From the NCBI GenBank assembly GCA_043757575.1, contig JAYVPE010000367.1, forward strand, positions 1-56,984: DNA of 56,984 bases, given 5' to 3'. The notes under the pieces are model-generated. The model searched no databases. It was given only the letters and a program-made list of their open reading frames with translations, and was not told the origin of the DNA. Each line of letters begins with the position of its first letter. Positions within the stretch are counted from its first letter, which is position 1. This document shows, piece by piece, positions 10,203 through 20,041 of this stretch. The position numbers and the translations under genes are program-made. The DNA is from Pirellula sp. (lineage in GTDB: Bacteria > Planctomycetota > Planctomycetia > Pirellulales > Pirellulaceae).

Positions 10203-10535
10203 TCAATGACTAACAGTCGGTGTTCCGTTAGTGAAGTCTGGTTGTTTGGGAGTTGATTTGTTTGGAAAACGACGGGCAAAAAAGAATCTTTCCCAAAGAT
10301 TTGCCCTCCGAAGCCGCGCGTCGCCGATCGGTAACGAATGCTGCTTTCCGCGACGAGTCTCCAAAACCAGTAAACCGTCTTTGACTTGCCTTACGACCCA
10401 ATATTTGTCGACTTCGTAGGAATACATTTCACCGTGCGGGGATGGGAAAATGTTTTTTGCTCTTCGGCCAGGTGACAAACTGTGTTTTTTTTGGGTATAG
10501 ACAACCCAATCGTTTGGACTGAAGGAGCCGATCAT
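10203..10535 (-). CDS. Conserved hypothetical protein
   Basis: Compact globular-looking ORF (DWVVY...PGRRAKNI...YEVDKYWVV...RRFP). Start uncertain (10535 or 10613). Confidence 0.65.
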   Translation of the reverse strand: MIGSFSPNDWVVYTQKKHSLSPGRRAKNIFPSPHGEMYSYEVDKYWVVRQVKDGLLVLETRRGKQHSLPIGDARLRRANLWERFFFARRFPNKSTPKQPDFTNGTPTVSH

Positions 10536-10764
10536 GCAGAATATTTCCTCATTCAATGTTCGATATCCGAAAAAACCATATTCTAATGCCGCGAACTTGG
10601 CGGTGCTTTTCATGCAAGCGGTTTATCTGGATAAACGACCTGCATCGACTATTCTTTATCGTGAATCGTCTTGAATCCAGGCCAGCTTTGAGTACCAGTA
10701 AAGAATTCAAGAGAATAAAACGTTTTTTTTGCTTAACTCGCAGTTTCCGGCTCATGAGCTTCCA

Positions 10765-11289
10765 ATGAAATCACTAGACATTTCGAAAACCCAGACAGCA
10801 CAGGGTCGACCTTTCCGCATTCTGTTTGTGTGTTTGGGGAACATCTGTCGTTCACCTGCCGCACAAGGCGTTATGGAATCAATCATCCGCGTTCGCTCAC
10901 TGGAAACTCAGTTTCAAGTCGATTCTGCGGGAACAGCCAATTATCACATTGGCCGATTGCCGGACAACCGAATGATTGCTGCTGCGTCGAGGCGAGGATA
11001 CAGATTGACGAGTCTAGCGAAGGAGTTAACGAAAACGCACGTTGCGGATCGGCAGCTTGTACTAGCGATGGATCGGGATAATTACGCTGAAATCGTTCGT
11101 ATTTCGGGTGCAGGAACAAATCAAGTTGGACAGGTTCGAATGCTGAGCGATTTTTTGGACGAAACCTGGCCTCGCGACGTCCCAGACCCATATCATGGTG
11201 GCGAATCAGGTTTTGAATTCGTTTTAGATATGTTGGAAACCGCTTGCCCTAATATTCTATCGAAATGCATGCAATGGACGTCTACATGA
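10765..11289 (+). CDS. Low molecular weight protein-tyrosine phosphatase
   Basis: VCLGNICRSP active site, DSAGT and DPY motifs. Confidence 0.93.
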   Translation: MKSLDISKTQTAQGRPFRILFVCLGNICRSPAAQGVMESIIRVRSLETQFQVDSAGTANYHIGRLPDNRMIAAASRRGYRLTSLAKELTKTHVADRQLVLAMDRDNYAEIVRISGAGTNQVGQVRMLSDFLDETWPRDVPDPYHGGESGFEFVLDMLETACPNILSKCMQWTST

Positions 11290-11323
11290 AAAACGAGCTG
11301 CTTGAACGGCGGATGGGAAAAGT

Positions 11324-11349
11324 GGCTCAGTTTCTAACTGGAAATGACA
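11324..11349 (+). repeat. 26-bp repeat, copy 1 (copy 2 at 15921-15946)
   Basis: GGCTCAGTTTCTAACTGGAAATGACA, 24/26 identical to the direct copy at 15921. Confidence 0.7.
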
Positions 11350-11611
11350 ACGGAAGGACATGTTTTGTTTAGAATTTTATGCCACACCGGGTATGGGGAA
11401 GTGAATTTGGAATGCAACGGATTGCTCGCTTTTGGGAAGAAACCAGCCTTGCAAGGCTCTACTTTTGCATGTAAATTTCCTATTAGTTAATCAGGTTGGA
11501 TAACATTTGCCGTTGAAAGTAAATTGTCGGGTGAATCGACCGAAACACGTCCAGAGTGGAACGATTGGTTTTGTGTTGTGCGGACGATTCAGCGAAATTC
11601 AATAAACATAT

Positions 11612-11684
11612 TCCCTTGTAGCTCAGTTGGCAGAGCAACGGACTGTTAATCCGTGTGTCGGTGGTTCGAGCCCACCCGGGGGAG
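11612..11684 (+). tRNA. tRNA-Asn (GTT)
   Basis: Acceptor stem TCCCTTG/CGGGGGA, D arm GCTCAGTTGGCAGAGC, anticodon arm ACGGA-CTGTTAA-TCCGT, T arm GGTGG-TTCGAGC-CCACC. CCA is not encoded. Confidence 0.97.
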
Positions 11685-11761
11685 CTTTTAGTATTATTAG
11701 CGATTTGCTTGGTTTTTTGCATAACCTGACCACGTTGGCCAGAGCGCTGTTTTCGGTCGTA

Positions 11762-11782
11762 AATCCGGTAGACTACCGGATT
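11762..11782. promoter_or_regulatory. Perfect palindrome upstream of the integrase (putative binding site)
   Basis: AATCCGGTAG-A-CTACCGGATT, ending 22 bp before the integrase ATG. Function is inferred. Confidence 0.45.
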
Positions 11783-11804
11783 CGAAAGGAAATGGGCTTT
11801 TTTC

Positions 11805-12974
11805 ATGCGTGTTCCTTCGTATCGCAAGCATGCCGCATCTGGGCAAGCTGTCGTCACTATTGCCGGCAGAGATCGCTATCTTGGGAAGTGGGATTCAGCT
11901 AAATCTCACAAAGAGTATGGGCAACTTATCGCCGAATTCTTCTCCAATCCCAATTCGTTTCTGGCAACTCCAGAGCAACGAACCGTCTCGGAGTTGATTC
12001 TTGCATATCTCAACCACTGTCAATCCTATTATGGCGTTGGGGAGAAAACCGAAACCCACCGAATCAAAGTACCGTTGAGAGCCGTCCGGAAGCTGTACGG
12101 CTCAACCCTTGCCATCGATTTTGGACCAATCCAGTTCAAGGCAGTGCGAGATTTCATTTTGGAGGGCAAGAACCACAAAGATGGATTCAAACCATCTCGG
12201 ACATATGTCAACTCGATCATGCGACGAATTCGCAGGATGTTTCGATGGGCAAGCGGCGAAGGACTCCTCCCTCCGTCTGTTCATCTCTCGCTAGCTGACG
12301 TTCAGCCGCTCCGCGCTGGTCGAACCACAGCTAGAGAAACCGAACCGGTTCGACCGGTACCAGACGAGTTGGTGGAAGCAACATTGCCTCACTTGCCGCC
12401 AGTTATTGCGGACATGGCTAGGCTTCAAATGGTGCTCGGATGCCGGCCTGGTGAACTCTGTGCGATTAAACCCTCGATGGTGGAGCGTGCTGAGTCGGTA
12501 TGGGAAATCCATTTGGGCAAACACAAAACAGCCCACCGCGGAAAGCAGCGGACAATCTACGTTGGTCCAAAGGGCCAAGCGATACTAAATCCGTATCTAG
12601 ACCGCGATCCGGACATGTTTTGTTTTCGCCCTAGGGACTCAATCCGAAGACGAAGAACCGAGCATCGCAAAACTCCACTGAATCAAGGGAATGCTGTCGG
12701 TCGCAGCAATACAGAGCGCAAGACAAGTCGCACCATAAGCGAGTCCTACACGACGCGGTCGTACGGCCATGCAGTCATGCGTGCGTGCAAAAAGGGAGAA
12801 ATTAAACATTGGCACCCAAACCAGATTCGGCACTCGGTTGCAACGAAGGTTCGAAAAGCATATGGGATTGAAACGGCAAGCGTCATATTGGGGCACAGCG
12901 AAGTCGGAGTCACGCAAATATACGCCGAGTCCGATCGTGCACGAGCGGTCGCCGCTACCAAGGAAATGCTCTAA
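11805..12974 (+). CDS. Tyrosine recombinase / phage-type integrase
   Basis: GCRPGEL (catalytic R), HKT, HPNQIRHS, LGHS and TQIYA (catalytic Y); adjacent to the tRNA. Confidence 0.95.
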   Translation: MRVPSYRKHAASGQAVVTIAGRDRYLGKWDSAKSHKEYGQLIAEFFSNPNSFLATPEQRTVSELILAYLNHCQSYYGVGEKTETHRIKVPLRAVRKLYGSTLAIDFGPIQFKAVRDFILEGKNHKDGFKPSRTYVNSIMRRIRRMFRWASGEGLLPPSVHLSLADVQPLRAGRTTARETEPVRPVPDELVEATLPHLPPVIADMARLQMVLGCRPGELCAIKPSMVERAESVWEIHLGKHKTAHRGKQRTIYVGPKGQAILNPYLDRDPDMFCFRPRDSIRRRRTEHRKTPLNQGNAVGRSNTERKTSRTISESYTTRSYGHAVMRACKKGEIKHWHPNQIRHSVATKVRKAYGIETASVILGHSEVGVTQIYAESDRARAVAATKEML

Positions 12975-13057
12975 GTAAACGCCCAATGAATCCTAACTCC
13001 GTTGCCTGTTCTTGCGAGTCAGGCAACTCAACGAAACACAGAAAACAGTCTCCGGGT

Positions 13058-13444
13058 CTACTCAGCCACGAAACCGCTGGGTACATCAATTTGGAGACCC
13101 AGGACATCGAGAACAATCTCGCTTATTTCCCGAAGCAACTGGTGATATCTACTCTCCGCCTGGGCCAGCAAGCCATTCATTTTTGCTATTACCGATTCGA
13201 GAAATTCAGTTCTAACCTCTTCAAAATCAGATTCCAATCTTGAAATTGCTTTTCGAATCCGATCTCGTTGCTCCTCAATAGCCGTTACTTCTTTTAGTGA
13301 TCTGAAGATATTGCCTCCACACCGGCGAAGCCTCTCATTGCCGGTACTTAGAAGTTTGTCGATTGCCTGATTCGCTAATACTCTATCGATCATAAGTAGC
13401 TCCGTAGTTAGTGGTCCATATATTGAAGTCAGGCGGTCCCCCAC
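13058..13444 (-). CDS. Hypothetical coiled-coil protein (start uncertain)
   Basis: 128-aa ORF with helical heptad-like composition. Confidence 0.45.
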   Translation of the reverse strand: MGDRLTSIYGPLTTELLMIDRVLANQAIDKLLSTGNERLRRCGGNIFRSLKEVTAIEEQRDRIRKAISRLESDFEEVRTEFLESVIAKMNGLLAQAESRYHQLLREISEIVLDVLGLQIDVPSGFVAE

Positions 13445-13692
13445 GCATCGCCAATTCGACTCATCGGTGTTGCGACCGCATCTGGTGAATTACCGCTCTG
13501 CCTTGGTGGACATACATATTCCATTTTAACCGATCTCTTGGACGCACAAGCTATCTGTCAACGAAACAACTCGATGCACCGCTGTCAATCGGACGTCTAG
13601 CAATTGCTCCATGCGGCCTTAATAACAACGGTGCTTGAGCACCGTGAGATGGTACAATTGATTTTAACTTTTTTTCCACTGGAGCAGCTCTG

Positions 13693-14385
13693 ATGTACTT
13701 ACTCGCCTACGAGCAGTTCCGAACCAAGGCCGAGATAGAAGCTCGCTGTCGGCGCATCATTGACAGCACGCAAGACTCCAAGCCCGTGTTTGATCGGTTT
13801 GTACCTCTCCTTGCAGACCTCTTCGCGTACCTCGACGATTGGCCGGCAAGATTAGCTACGATGAAGCACATCGTTGTACATAGGACCCACCAAGGTGCGA
13901 GATGTTTCGCAACCACGAATCGAATGGGCTGTTCGACCAGTATCAGCTTTAAGAAGGCGATCAACCTGATGTTTCCCGATCAGGAAAAACCGTTCATCGA
14001 ATCGCTTCCAACGGACTACCGGTTGGCAGCCAAAGCATCCGTCGAATCTGACCTCAGTGAGTACCAGTCAAAGCAATGTCTTAAAGATTTCCGATGCCCT
14101 GTAAGCGGAGTGTTCCTGACTTGCAAGAACTCGATCGTCGAGTATTTACCACCTTGGACATTTGACCATTTGCTTTATCGTTTTACCAAGCAAAATGAGA
14201 TCGTTCCTTGCCTAGCGGTCGTAAGATTCAGATCCGGCCTTTCGCAAATGGAGTTGGCCGAATACGTTGCCAAACCATGGCGAGAATTTCATCGCAAGCA
14301 TGCACGGCTCATACTTATTTCGCTTTGCGACTCAAAGAAACCGCTTTCTACTGCAGAACCAGTTTGGACAACACTTTGGCCGTAG
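13693..14385 (+). CDS. DCL/DUF3223-like protein
   Basis: F-x-TK N-terminus, LADLF, GARCF and SISFKKAI pattern resembles bacterial DCL-family proteins. RBS GGAG upstream. Confidence 0.55.
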   Translation: MYLLAYEQFRTKAEIEARCRRIIDSTQDSKPVFDRFVPLLADLFAYLDDWPARLATMKHIVVHRTHQGARCFATTNRMGCSTSISFKKAINLMFPDQEKPFIESLPTDYRLAAKASVESDLSEYQSKQCLKDFRCPVSGVFLTCKNSIVEYLPPWTFDHLLYRFTKQNEIVPCLAVVRFRSGLSQMELAEYVAKPWREFHRKHARLILISLCDSKKPLSTAEPVWTTLWP

Positions 14386-14794
14386 CTCGACTCTTCTGCG
14401 TCATGTCGGTCGGTATAGATCAGCCCTTGCTATCCAAGTCTACTTTTCTGAATACACTTTCGTTGGACTGGAGCTCCCTGAGTGACACCATTGGTGGGTG
14501 TGGCCAAATAACTTCTCAGTAGCGTATTGGTCAAGGCAGTACATTTCCGTAAGGGAACGATTCTCTGTCGTAGAATCATGTGGGGCTGATTATTATCGAT
14601 AGAGGCCATTTACAACTGGAAAAATGCCGAATTTTGCGATATCGGATTAACCGCAAACGAGCGTGCGCAAATCGTTTGGACCGCCACCGGCGCCACAAAC
14701 CCACCGTGGGTTGGTAAGTTGAGGGTTAGCCGCAGCCGTTTGAATGCACAGAACGCTGCCCTCCATACTCGACTACCCGCTTCGCCGATGAAAT

Positions 14795-15550
14795 ATGCCG
14801 AAAGCAAAATCAAAACAGCCGATCTCGAAACCAACGGCCTCACCAAAAACCGAACCCAAGGTTCAGCAGATACTAAATACCCTGCAATCCCATTGGGACA
14901 TCGGCCGTGAAATATCGGAGGGCAAGCTGAGGGTTAAAGAATTTGCGATGGAGAACGGGATCAACGAACGTACAGTGCGTGACCGACGTGCGTTCTACAA
15001 AGAGTACTCCGCCAAAGAATTCGAAGAGTTCTGCAATCTTAGATTCAGCAAATCTAAACGACCGCTCGACAGTGGTTACATCAGATATTTGGTTACGATT
15101 AAGGGCCCGGTCAAGGGGTATGGGGCTACCGCGAGCGAAGCTCGATACGCGTTTGCCGAGCATGCGGCAATAAACGATCTTTCACCAGCCCAGCTCCACG
15201 ATTTGATCAAACGGAAGTGCGGTAGGCCAAAAGCATCGCACGGAAGGAAATATAGGCCGAAAGATAAGGCATCAGCGATTGAAGACGTAGCTCGCGAAGC
15301 CTTGAAATGGATCAAGCGTTGTGAAGCTGCGATTGAGTTGGTACCGAGCAATTCGAGGCCATCCCAAACGATGATTACTCTACTACGAGAATTTAGCCAG
15401 TGGACGTCGAATGCGGCCGAACTCTGCGAGGTTCAAAAAGACAACGAAGAGAAATCGGAATCGCTTTCAGGAAGCATGGAGTCATCTCGAGAGAAAATTC
15501 TCGCCCTGCACTCAAGTTGCGTTGCAATGCTTAAGGTCAAGAATGCATGA
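14795..15550 (+). CDS. DUF1016 (YhcG) N-terminal-like DNA-binding protein without the nuclease domain
   Basis: HWDIGREI...GINERTVRDRRAFYKEY...YIRYLVTIK...LSPAQLHDLI parallels the DUF1016_N pattern. Confidence 0.5.
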   Translation: MPKAKSKQPISKPTASPKTEPKVQQILNTLQSHWDIGREISEGKLRVKEFAMENGINERTVRDRRAFYKEYSAKEFEEFCNLRFSKSKRPLDSGYIRYLVTIKGPVKGYGATASEARYAFAEHAAINDLSPAQLHDLIKRKCGRPKASHGRKYRPKDKASAIEDVAREALKWIKRCEAAIELVPSNSRPSQTMITLLREFSQWTSNAAELCEVQKDNEEKSESLSGSMESSREKILALHSSCVAMLKVKNA

Positions 15551-15920
15551 TGACAAAAAACGGCAGTCTGCCGAGGTAGAGTCTTCCAATCCTGTGTCTC
15601 AGTAACTCCATCCCCCCCCAGGGCCCCATGTTGGTACTTCGTCCGCACCAAGGCTCATGTCGGTAATCGTCTAAAAGGGGCCATCGCGAGTCGCTTCGAA
15701 AGGGGCCAGTTCGACAGGAAAGGCATGGTTCATTCAGATAGCGGGTTTCATCGCAAACCCTCTACTGGAGTCAGGCCGTGGTACGTCGTCTGGATATGGA
15801 CAAAACGCAGGAAATTGAGCAGTTATTCGCTTAAGGGGTAAGCAGGCGGCAGATTGCCAGGACCCTTGGAATCAACCGAATGTCGTTCGATCGCCATTTG
15901 GCCGCTTTGGCGCCAAAAGG

Positions 15921-15946
15921 GGCTCAGTTTCTAATCGGAAATGACA
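15921..15946 (+). repeat. 26-bp repeat, copy 2
   Basis: GGCTCAGTTTCTAATCGGAAATGACA; a partial inverted copy AGTTAGAAACT lies at 15985-15995. Confidence 0.7.
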
Positions 15947-16140
15947 GTCCATTGACCACACACTGTGGTTGGCCTAGAAACCATAGTTAGAAACTAGGTC
16001 TCGATAGATTCTTTGGTAAGTGTACGGGTACCTTCGCTACTCGTCACATCTCAGGATCAAAAGTCGTCAGGCTTGGCAAAACGATGCTCATTTGAATCGG
16101 TTACTCAACAACTAATGGAATTCTCTTTTATGTCACGACT

Positions 16141-18720
16141 TCAAAACGGAAAGAACCAAGATGGTTCGGGTTTGCGTTTTGGTTTCAGCGGTTTTGGCGA
16201 GCGCGTCGGCGAGCGGAGGAGCCATTCGTAGCCGCCGTCTGTGCCTTGTTGGCAATCGTAGACCTCGACGGTTCCCACAATGACACCGCGGGGGAGGCTG
16301 TCCAGATCCAATCCAGACTCGGCTTGCATCTCCTGCTCGTCTTCTGCTGGGTAGCGTGTCGCGCTGGCGTAGATGTAAACGACGCCTCGAACATCAGTCG
16401 GGTAATTTCGGTATTCGATTTCCTTGTCACCGAGCATGATCAACTCTGCCCAGGGCTGGCGGACACTCAAGGCTCGGAGCGATTTGTCTGCGGTATCTGC
16501 GTCTCCAAGTTGAATCTCGGTGTCCCCGACGCGGATGGTCTTTGGAGAGTTTGGTTTGCTGGGTGTCGCGTGGCTGGAGCGACGACTTCCGATCGATGGT
16601 TTGAAGTTCTCGTCTGGCGACGGTATGGTCACGCGGACTTGCTCTTGGAGCACGCTGGCGACTGCGGCATCGTCGCGTAGTCGCATGGACGTGACTTCGT
16701 CTGCCAAACGCGGTGACAAGCACTGGGAGAACTTCAGTCCTCGAATCGCCTTCTCGTGTGCAACGGGACGCAGGTCTTCTGGACTTGCCTGCATAAGCAC
16801 CTGCTGAGCCGCTTGGATCTGCTCGCTCGTCACGCCGTCGGAAAATTTGAGGCTGAAGCCGTCGCTGGAAACTGTAGACTTCAAATCGTGAGCAAGATAG
16901 TACGCGACCGTGGCGTTCGCTTTCGCGCCGGCAAACGTCCACCAAGACCAGCGATCACCGGACTCCAACAGCAACGACGTCGAGTCGTCTTGAAGCCAAC
17001 TGAAGTCATCGCGTAAACGTGCGATCTCTGCTTTGCAGCGTTTCGACCAGCGGTCTGATTGATCGGACCGGCATAGGATCGCTTGCATAGTCTTACAAAT
17101 TTTAAACGAGAGCCCTAGTCCTGATCCTGGCCATCGGGTTCTACCAAGGGCATCTGTCGGTTCGACATAAGCAAGCTTACGTTGCCAATCGATATAGTTC
17201 ACTTGCCAGGCATTGCCTCCGAGTGAAAGTACACGCGGACCTTCTTGCTTGGCTAAAAGCGTCGACTCATCGACTTGTCCTATCTCCTGCTTCCCGTGTA
17301 AGACTCGGAAGATTGGAGGCGTCATGAAAACTGAAAACAGTTCCATGAAGTTCTGGCGGCCAAATGTTTGCTCTCCCTTTCTTCCCAACCACAACAATCC
17401 AGCGTCGTCAGAAAGAATTTCGGTTTCGATCATCCAGCGCACAAGCTCGTCGATCGATTCCTTTGGCAACTGACTGAACCCATAAACGCCATCGATCCAC
17501 TTAAACCATTCATTCCTGCCGATGCCACTTTCTTGCAGTGCCAGTGCCATCAATTGCTGTGACAGAATGTGATAAGGTTCTGGTGGAGGAACGATTGGTT
17601 CGACGAATCCGCTCTCCCACAGCTCGGTCAGTGCTGCCGCTTGAAGCAATCGCTCTGGCTTAGTAGCCAGCATCAAACAGTTGCGAACACTTCCTTGTCG
17701 GCGTCCTGTGCGTCCCATGCGTTGTAGAAAGCTAGCCACCGTTAGCGGCGCATCGATCTGGATGACGCGATCTAGGTCGCCCACATCGATGCCTAGCTCA
17801 AGTACGCTAGTTGCGACAATGACGCAATCTGTCTCTTCTGCGAAGGCCTTCTCAGTTCGATGGCGTTCCTCTTGGCTCAGCGAGCTGTGAGTCACAAACG
17901 CGTTGACGCCCAGGGAACGGAGCATCAATCCAAGATCTTCTGTTCCGGCACGACTGTCGAGGAAAACAAGACGTTTCTCACCTCGATGCAATTTGGAAAT
18001 CACAGTCGCTGCGTTTTCAAGCGAACCGACGTAGTCAATTTGAACATCCGCTGGTGCAGCTACTGAGGAGGGTGGATAAGAAACGCCCTTCTTACCTTTG
18101 CAGTTGCCGGCCAGCCATTGAAGCAGCGTCTCAGGATTACCCACAGTAGCCGACAGACCTATCCGTTGGATTTCTCGGCCTGCCAGTTTCGATACACGCT
18201 CCAGAACACTGAGCAGATGCCATCCTCGGTCATCTCCAGCGAATGCATGCACCTCGTCGACGATAATCATCTGCAGGTTCTCAAACATACGCTGCTCGTC
18301 AACACTGCGCGAAACGAGCATAACTTCCAGTGACTCGGGAGTAGTCAATAAGCAGCTTGGTGGCTCACGAAGTATCTTTCGCCTTGCCGACGTTCCCACG
18401 TCACCATGCCACAACGCCGACTTGCGTCCAAGTAATTCGCAATAGTACGACAGCCTGTGATCGAGGTTATTTAGCAGAGCTTTGATTGGGCAAACATAAA
18501 GGACACTTAACCCTTGCCAATCTTCGGTCAGTATTCTGGAAAGTGCCGGAAAGAATGCAGCTTCTGTCTTTCCACCTGCCGTCGGTGCTAGGATGATTAG
18601 ATGATTGCCGGCCAGAACACTTGGAATCACGTTCTCTTGAAATGGGCGCAACTCTCTCCAGCCAAGCGAATTGACGATGTGATGCTGCAAAGCTGGATGG
18701 AGTTGCTCGAACGCGCTCAC
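16141..18720 (-). CDS. brxHI: BREX-2 Lhr-like DEAD/H helicase BrxHI with a C-terminal ASCH domain
   Basis: APTAGGKTEA, DEVH, SAT and QRMGRTGR motifs; last gene after brxD. The C-terminal ALSVRQPWAELIMLGDKEIEYR...PRGVIVGTVEVYDC matches ASCH. Confidence 0.88.
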   Translation of the reverse strand: MSAFEQLHPALQHHIVNSLGWRELRPFQENVIPSVLAGNHLIILAPTAGGKTEAAFFPALSRILTEDWQGLSVLYVCPIKALLNNLDHRLSYYCELLGRKSALWHGDVGTSARRKILREPPSCLLTTPESLEVMLVSRSVDEQRMFENLQMIIVDEVHAFAGDDRGWHLLSVLERVSKLAGREIQRIGLSATVGNPETLLQWLAGNCKGKKGVSYPPSSVAAPADVQIDYVGSLENAATVISKLHRGEKRLVFLDSRAGTEDLGLMLRSLGVNAFVTHSSLSQEERHRTEKAFAEETDCVIVATSVLELGIDVGDLDRVIQIDAPLTVASFLQRMGRTGRRQGSVRNCLMLATKPERLLQAAALTELWESGFVEPIVPPPEPYHILSQQLMALALQESGIGRNEWFKWIDGVYGFSQLPKESIDELVRWMIETEILSDDAGLLWLGRKGEQTFGRQNFMELFSVFMTPPIFRVLHGKQEIGQVDESTLLAKQEGPRVLSLGGNAWQVNYIDWQRKLAYVEPTDALGRTRWPGSGLGLSFKICKTMQAILCRSDQSDRWSKRCKAEIARLRDDFSWLQDDSTSLLLESGDRWSWWTFAGAKANATVAYYLAHDLKSTVSSDGFSLKFSDGVTSEQIQAAQQVLMQASPEDLRPVAHEKAIRGLKFSQCLSPRLADEVTSMRLRDDAAVASVLQEQVRVTIPSPDENFKPSIGSRRSSHATPSKPNSPKTIRVGDTEIQLGDADTADKSLRALSVRQPWAELIMLGDKEIEYRNYPTDVRGVVYIYASATRYPAEDEQEMQAESGLDLDSLPRGVIVGTVEVYDCQQGTDGGYEWLLRSPTRSPKPLKPKRKPEPSWFFPF

Positions 18721-20033
18721 GGATTTAGCTCTATATCATCTACGCTCTGAGCTAGTGTCTCGCGTTCAACTACTGTCATCTCGGTTTGTTCAATAGTGAG
18801 ATCGTAGTGTTTTGTCGGATCGAAATCATCGTATTGATCGATTCGATCTAATACATCTGCAACTAGCTTCTTAAGAAATAATCTTGGTGCGATTCCAACC
18901 TTCCCACCTAGCTTGCCCGTTACGGAACGCGCAAGAGTTTCAACGTAACTGTCCGACGCAAGACGACGTACACGATCAGGCGAGTCACAGTCACATGCAA
19001 ACAAGTCGCGAACCTTGATTCCAACCTCTACAAGCCGATCATGATCAAACGCGGACAATCGAAGCTGTACCGCCCTCGCATTGTCGAATCGAGCGTCTGT
19101 CTGAAAGTCAACATGCAGACGCTGCGCCAAAGGCTCGAGTCTCTTGACGCCTTGAGGACCATCAAAGAACGCTGGTGTACCGGTGGTCAACAGATACAGA
19201 TTAGGGAACCGTCCACCATCAATGTCGTCGATCAACTGACGCAAAGCGTTCAATCCTTTCTCACGGACGTCACCACGCACACGTTGAAGCGTCTCGATCT
19301 CGTCGAGCACAAGAACGAGTCCTGAGTAGCCAGAATCCTTCAAGATCAACAGCAAGCCTCTCAAAAAGCTCAGTGCTGCGTAATGGTCAACGTCTCCCTT
19401 GATGCCAGCTTCACGCTTCACGCTCGCTCCGACATGAGGTTGCCCCGCGAGCCATCCCGCCAGTCCCTCTGCAGTTGAATGATCATTGCACCGTTGTGCG
19501 GAACGATACGCACGCAAGGCAGCTGCGAACTGTGGCGTGGATCTCGTTATTTCGACAAGCCGCTGCTCAAGTAGTTCGTCCGCTCGCTCGGATAGGGCCT
19601 TCTCATCGGCGGGATCAATTGTCCCTTCAGCCAGGACATCTTCCTCCAAGCCATAAAACCATCCATCGATAATGGATCGAAATGCTCCCAGGAATGTGTC
19701 GGTTGTCGAGAGTTGTTCCATGGCTCGACGATACACAGTTTCAAGCCGATGAAGAGGCGTTTCGGTCTCTGAAATCTGCACCTCAGCCGTTGCGAATCCG
19801 TTCTTCTTGGCATACTCCTGTACCCAGCGACCGAAAAACGTCTTTCCGCAGCCATAATCGCCGCGTACCGCTTTAAACATCGCGCCGCCCTGACCGACAT
19901 CCGATAGCTCGTTTGAGATCACAGTCTCAAAACGCCCTAGACCAACGGCTAGGAAATCCAAGCCACGTTGCGGCACCGTCCCTTTACGGAGCGCTGAGAT
20001 GATTTCTTTTCGTCGTTCGCGGCTAATTTCCAT
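18717..20033 (-). CDS. brxD: BREX ATP-binding protein BrxD
   Basis: ALRKGTVP, GDYGCGKT P-loop and LVLDEIE motifs; lies between pglZ and the helicase. Confidence 0.92.
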   Translation of the reverse strand: MEISRERRKEIISALRKGTVPQRGLDFLAVGLGRFETVISNELSDVGQGGAMFKAVRGDYGCGKTFFGRWVQEYAKKNGFATAEVQISETETPLHRLETVYRRAMEQLSTTDTFLGAFRSIIDGWFYGLEEDVLAEGTIDPADEKALSERADELLEQRLVEITRSTPQFAAALRAYRSAQRCNDHSTAEGLAGWLAGQPHVGASVKREAGIKGDVDHYAALSFLRGLLLILKDSGYSGLVLVLDEIETLQRVRGDVREKGLNALRQLIDDIDGGRFPNLYLLTTGTPAFFDGPQGVKRLEPLAQRLHVDFQTDARFDNARAVQLRLSAFDHDRLVEVGIKVRDLFACDCDSPDRVRRLASDSYVETLARSVTGKLGGKVGIAPRLFLKKLVADVLDRIDQYDDFDPTKHYDLTIEQTEMTVVERETLAQSVDDIELNP

Positions 20034-20041
20034 TAGTTACT

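Noticed and set aside
11483-11902. ORFs overlapping the tRNA
   Set aside because: Shadow ORFs of the tRNA and integrase leader.
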